A DNA stretch of 63,359 bases, filler included, from Octopus bimaculoides (taxonomy: Eukaryota), in the NCBI RefSeq assembly GCF_001194135.2. It is 5 parts of 4 records of this genome, joined end to end, with 100 filler letters (N's around TTAATTAATTAA, not from the genome) between each part and the next. Parts side by side here need not be neighbours in the genome. Positions count along the whole stretch, not along the records: positions 62,194 to 63,359 come from NC_069001.1; 4 more parts are not named here. One strand, written 5' to 3'. A model generated the notes under the pieces. It saw only the letters and a list, made by a program, of their open reading frames with translations, was not told where the DNA came from and did no database searches. Position numbers and translations under genes: made by a program. The number at the start of each line of letters is the position of its first letter. Position 1 is the stretch's first letter. Below, in pieces: positions 62,791-63,359 of this stretch.

Positions 62791-63359
62791 TCACAAGGCT
62801 TTGGTTGGTTTGTGGGAGGCCCTAGTAGAAGACACTTGACCAAGTTGCCGCGTAGTGGGATTGAACCCGGAACCACGTGGTTACGAAGCAGGCTTCTTAC
62901 CACATAACTACGCCTGCGCCTATGACAATATTATGTAAACAAATCACTAGTCCTACATTGTTGCCTAATTTTCTTCTTGGCGAGCATCGATCGTCCTTCT
63001 ATTGTCTGTATATGAATGCTGTTGTAGTAACGCCGTGCGCATGCGTAGTCTCACGCATGCGTAGAATTAAACAACCAAGCGTTCCCGCTCAATTCATTCT
63101 CTTTCTTGCTGGCCAGCGATTGAGCATGGACGTGGTTTTGCTGTCTCTCACCATCTTTCGGACTTACACTCGACAGCTCGCTTACACCCACATAACAACG
63201 TCCCAACAACAGAAGCTGTAACAACAAGAACTAAAGATGTATATATTTACCACCTGAATAAATGTTGTTTAAGTTGATAGTCTGGAGTTCAGCGTCCCGT
63301 TTATATTCTTAATATTATATAGGAAGGTTAGGTATACATCTAATGGTGTATAACCAACT

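Overview
AT-rich metazoan genomic DNA, roughly 12% N by my gap count. It is most likely an octopus short-read scaffold; that is inferred from the repeat families and was not verified. Four identical N44-TTAATTAATTAA-N44 spacers (about 27.1, 56.4, 60.5 and 62.1 kb) look like artificial joins, so adjacency across them is unproven. No host gene can be called with confidence, and nearly all listed ORFs are microsatellite or gap artefacts. The window is a transposon graveyard: several tRNA-headed SINE families (working names A-E, H), a CR1-type and a probable Tx1-type LINE 3' end, R4/Dong-like restriction-endonuclease LINEs sitting in (TAA)n tracts, Penelope-like (RT plus GIY-YIG) remnants, and at least six Tc1/mariner remnants. 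The strongest signal not explained by the ORF track is nine minimal type-I hammerhead-ribozyme-like motifs in four unrelated sequence families, all read by eye and none tested. One family is the 3' module of a tRNA-headed SINE. One has a fixed non-canonical core (CUGUYGA) and lies downstream of a Penelope GIY-YIG ORF end. One single copy has an intact canonical core. Two probable locally templated insertions are also visible. Repeat boundaries are approximate (about +/-10-20 bp) unless a motif is quoted.
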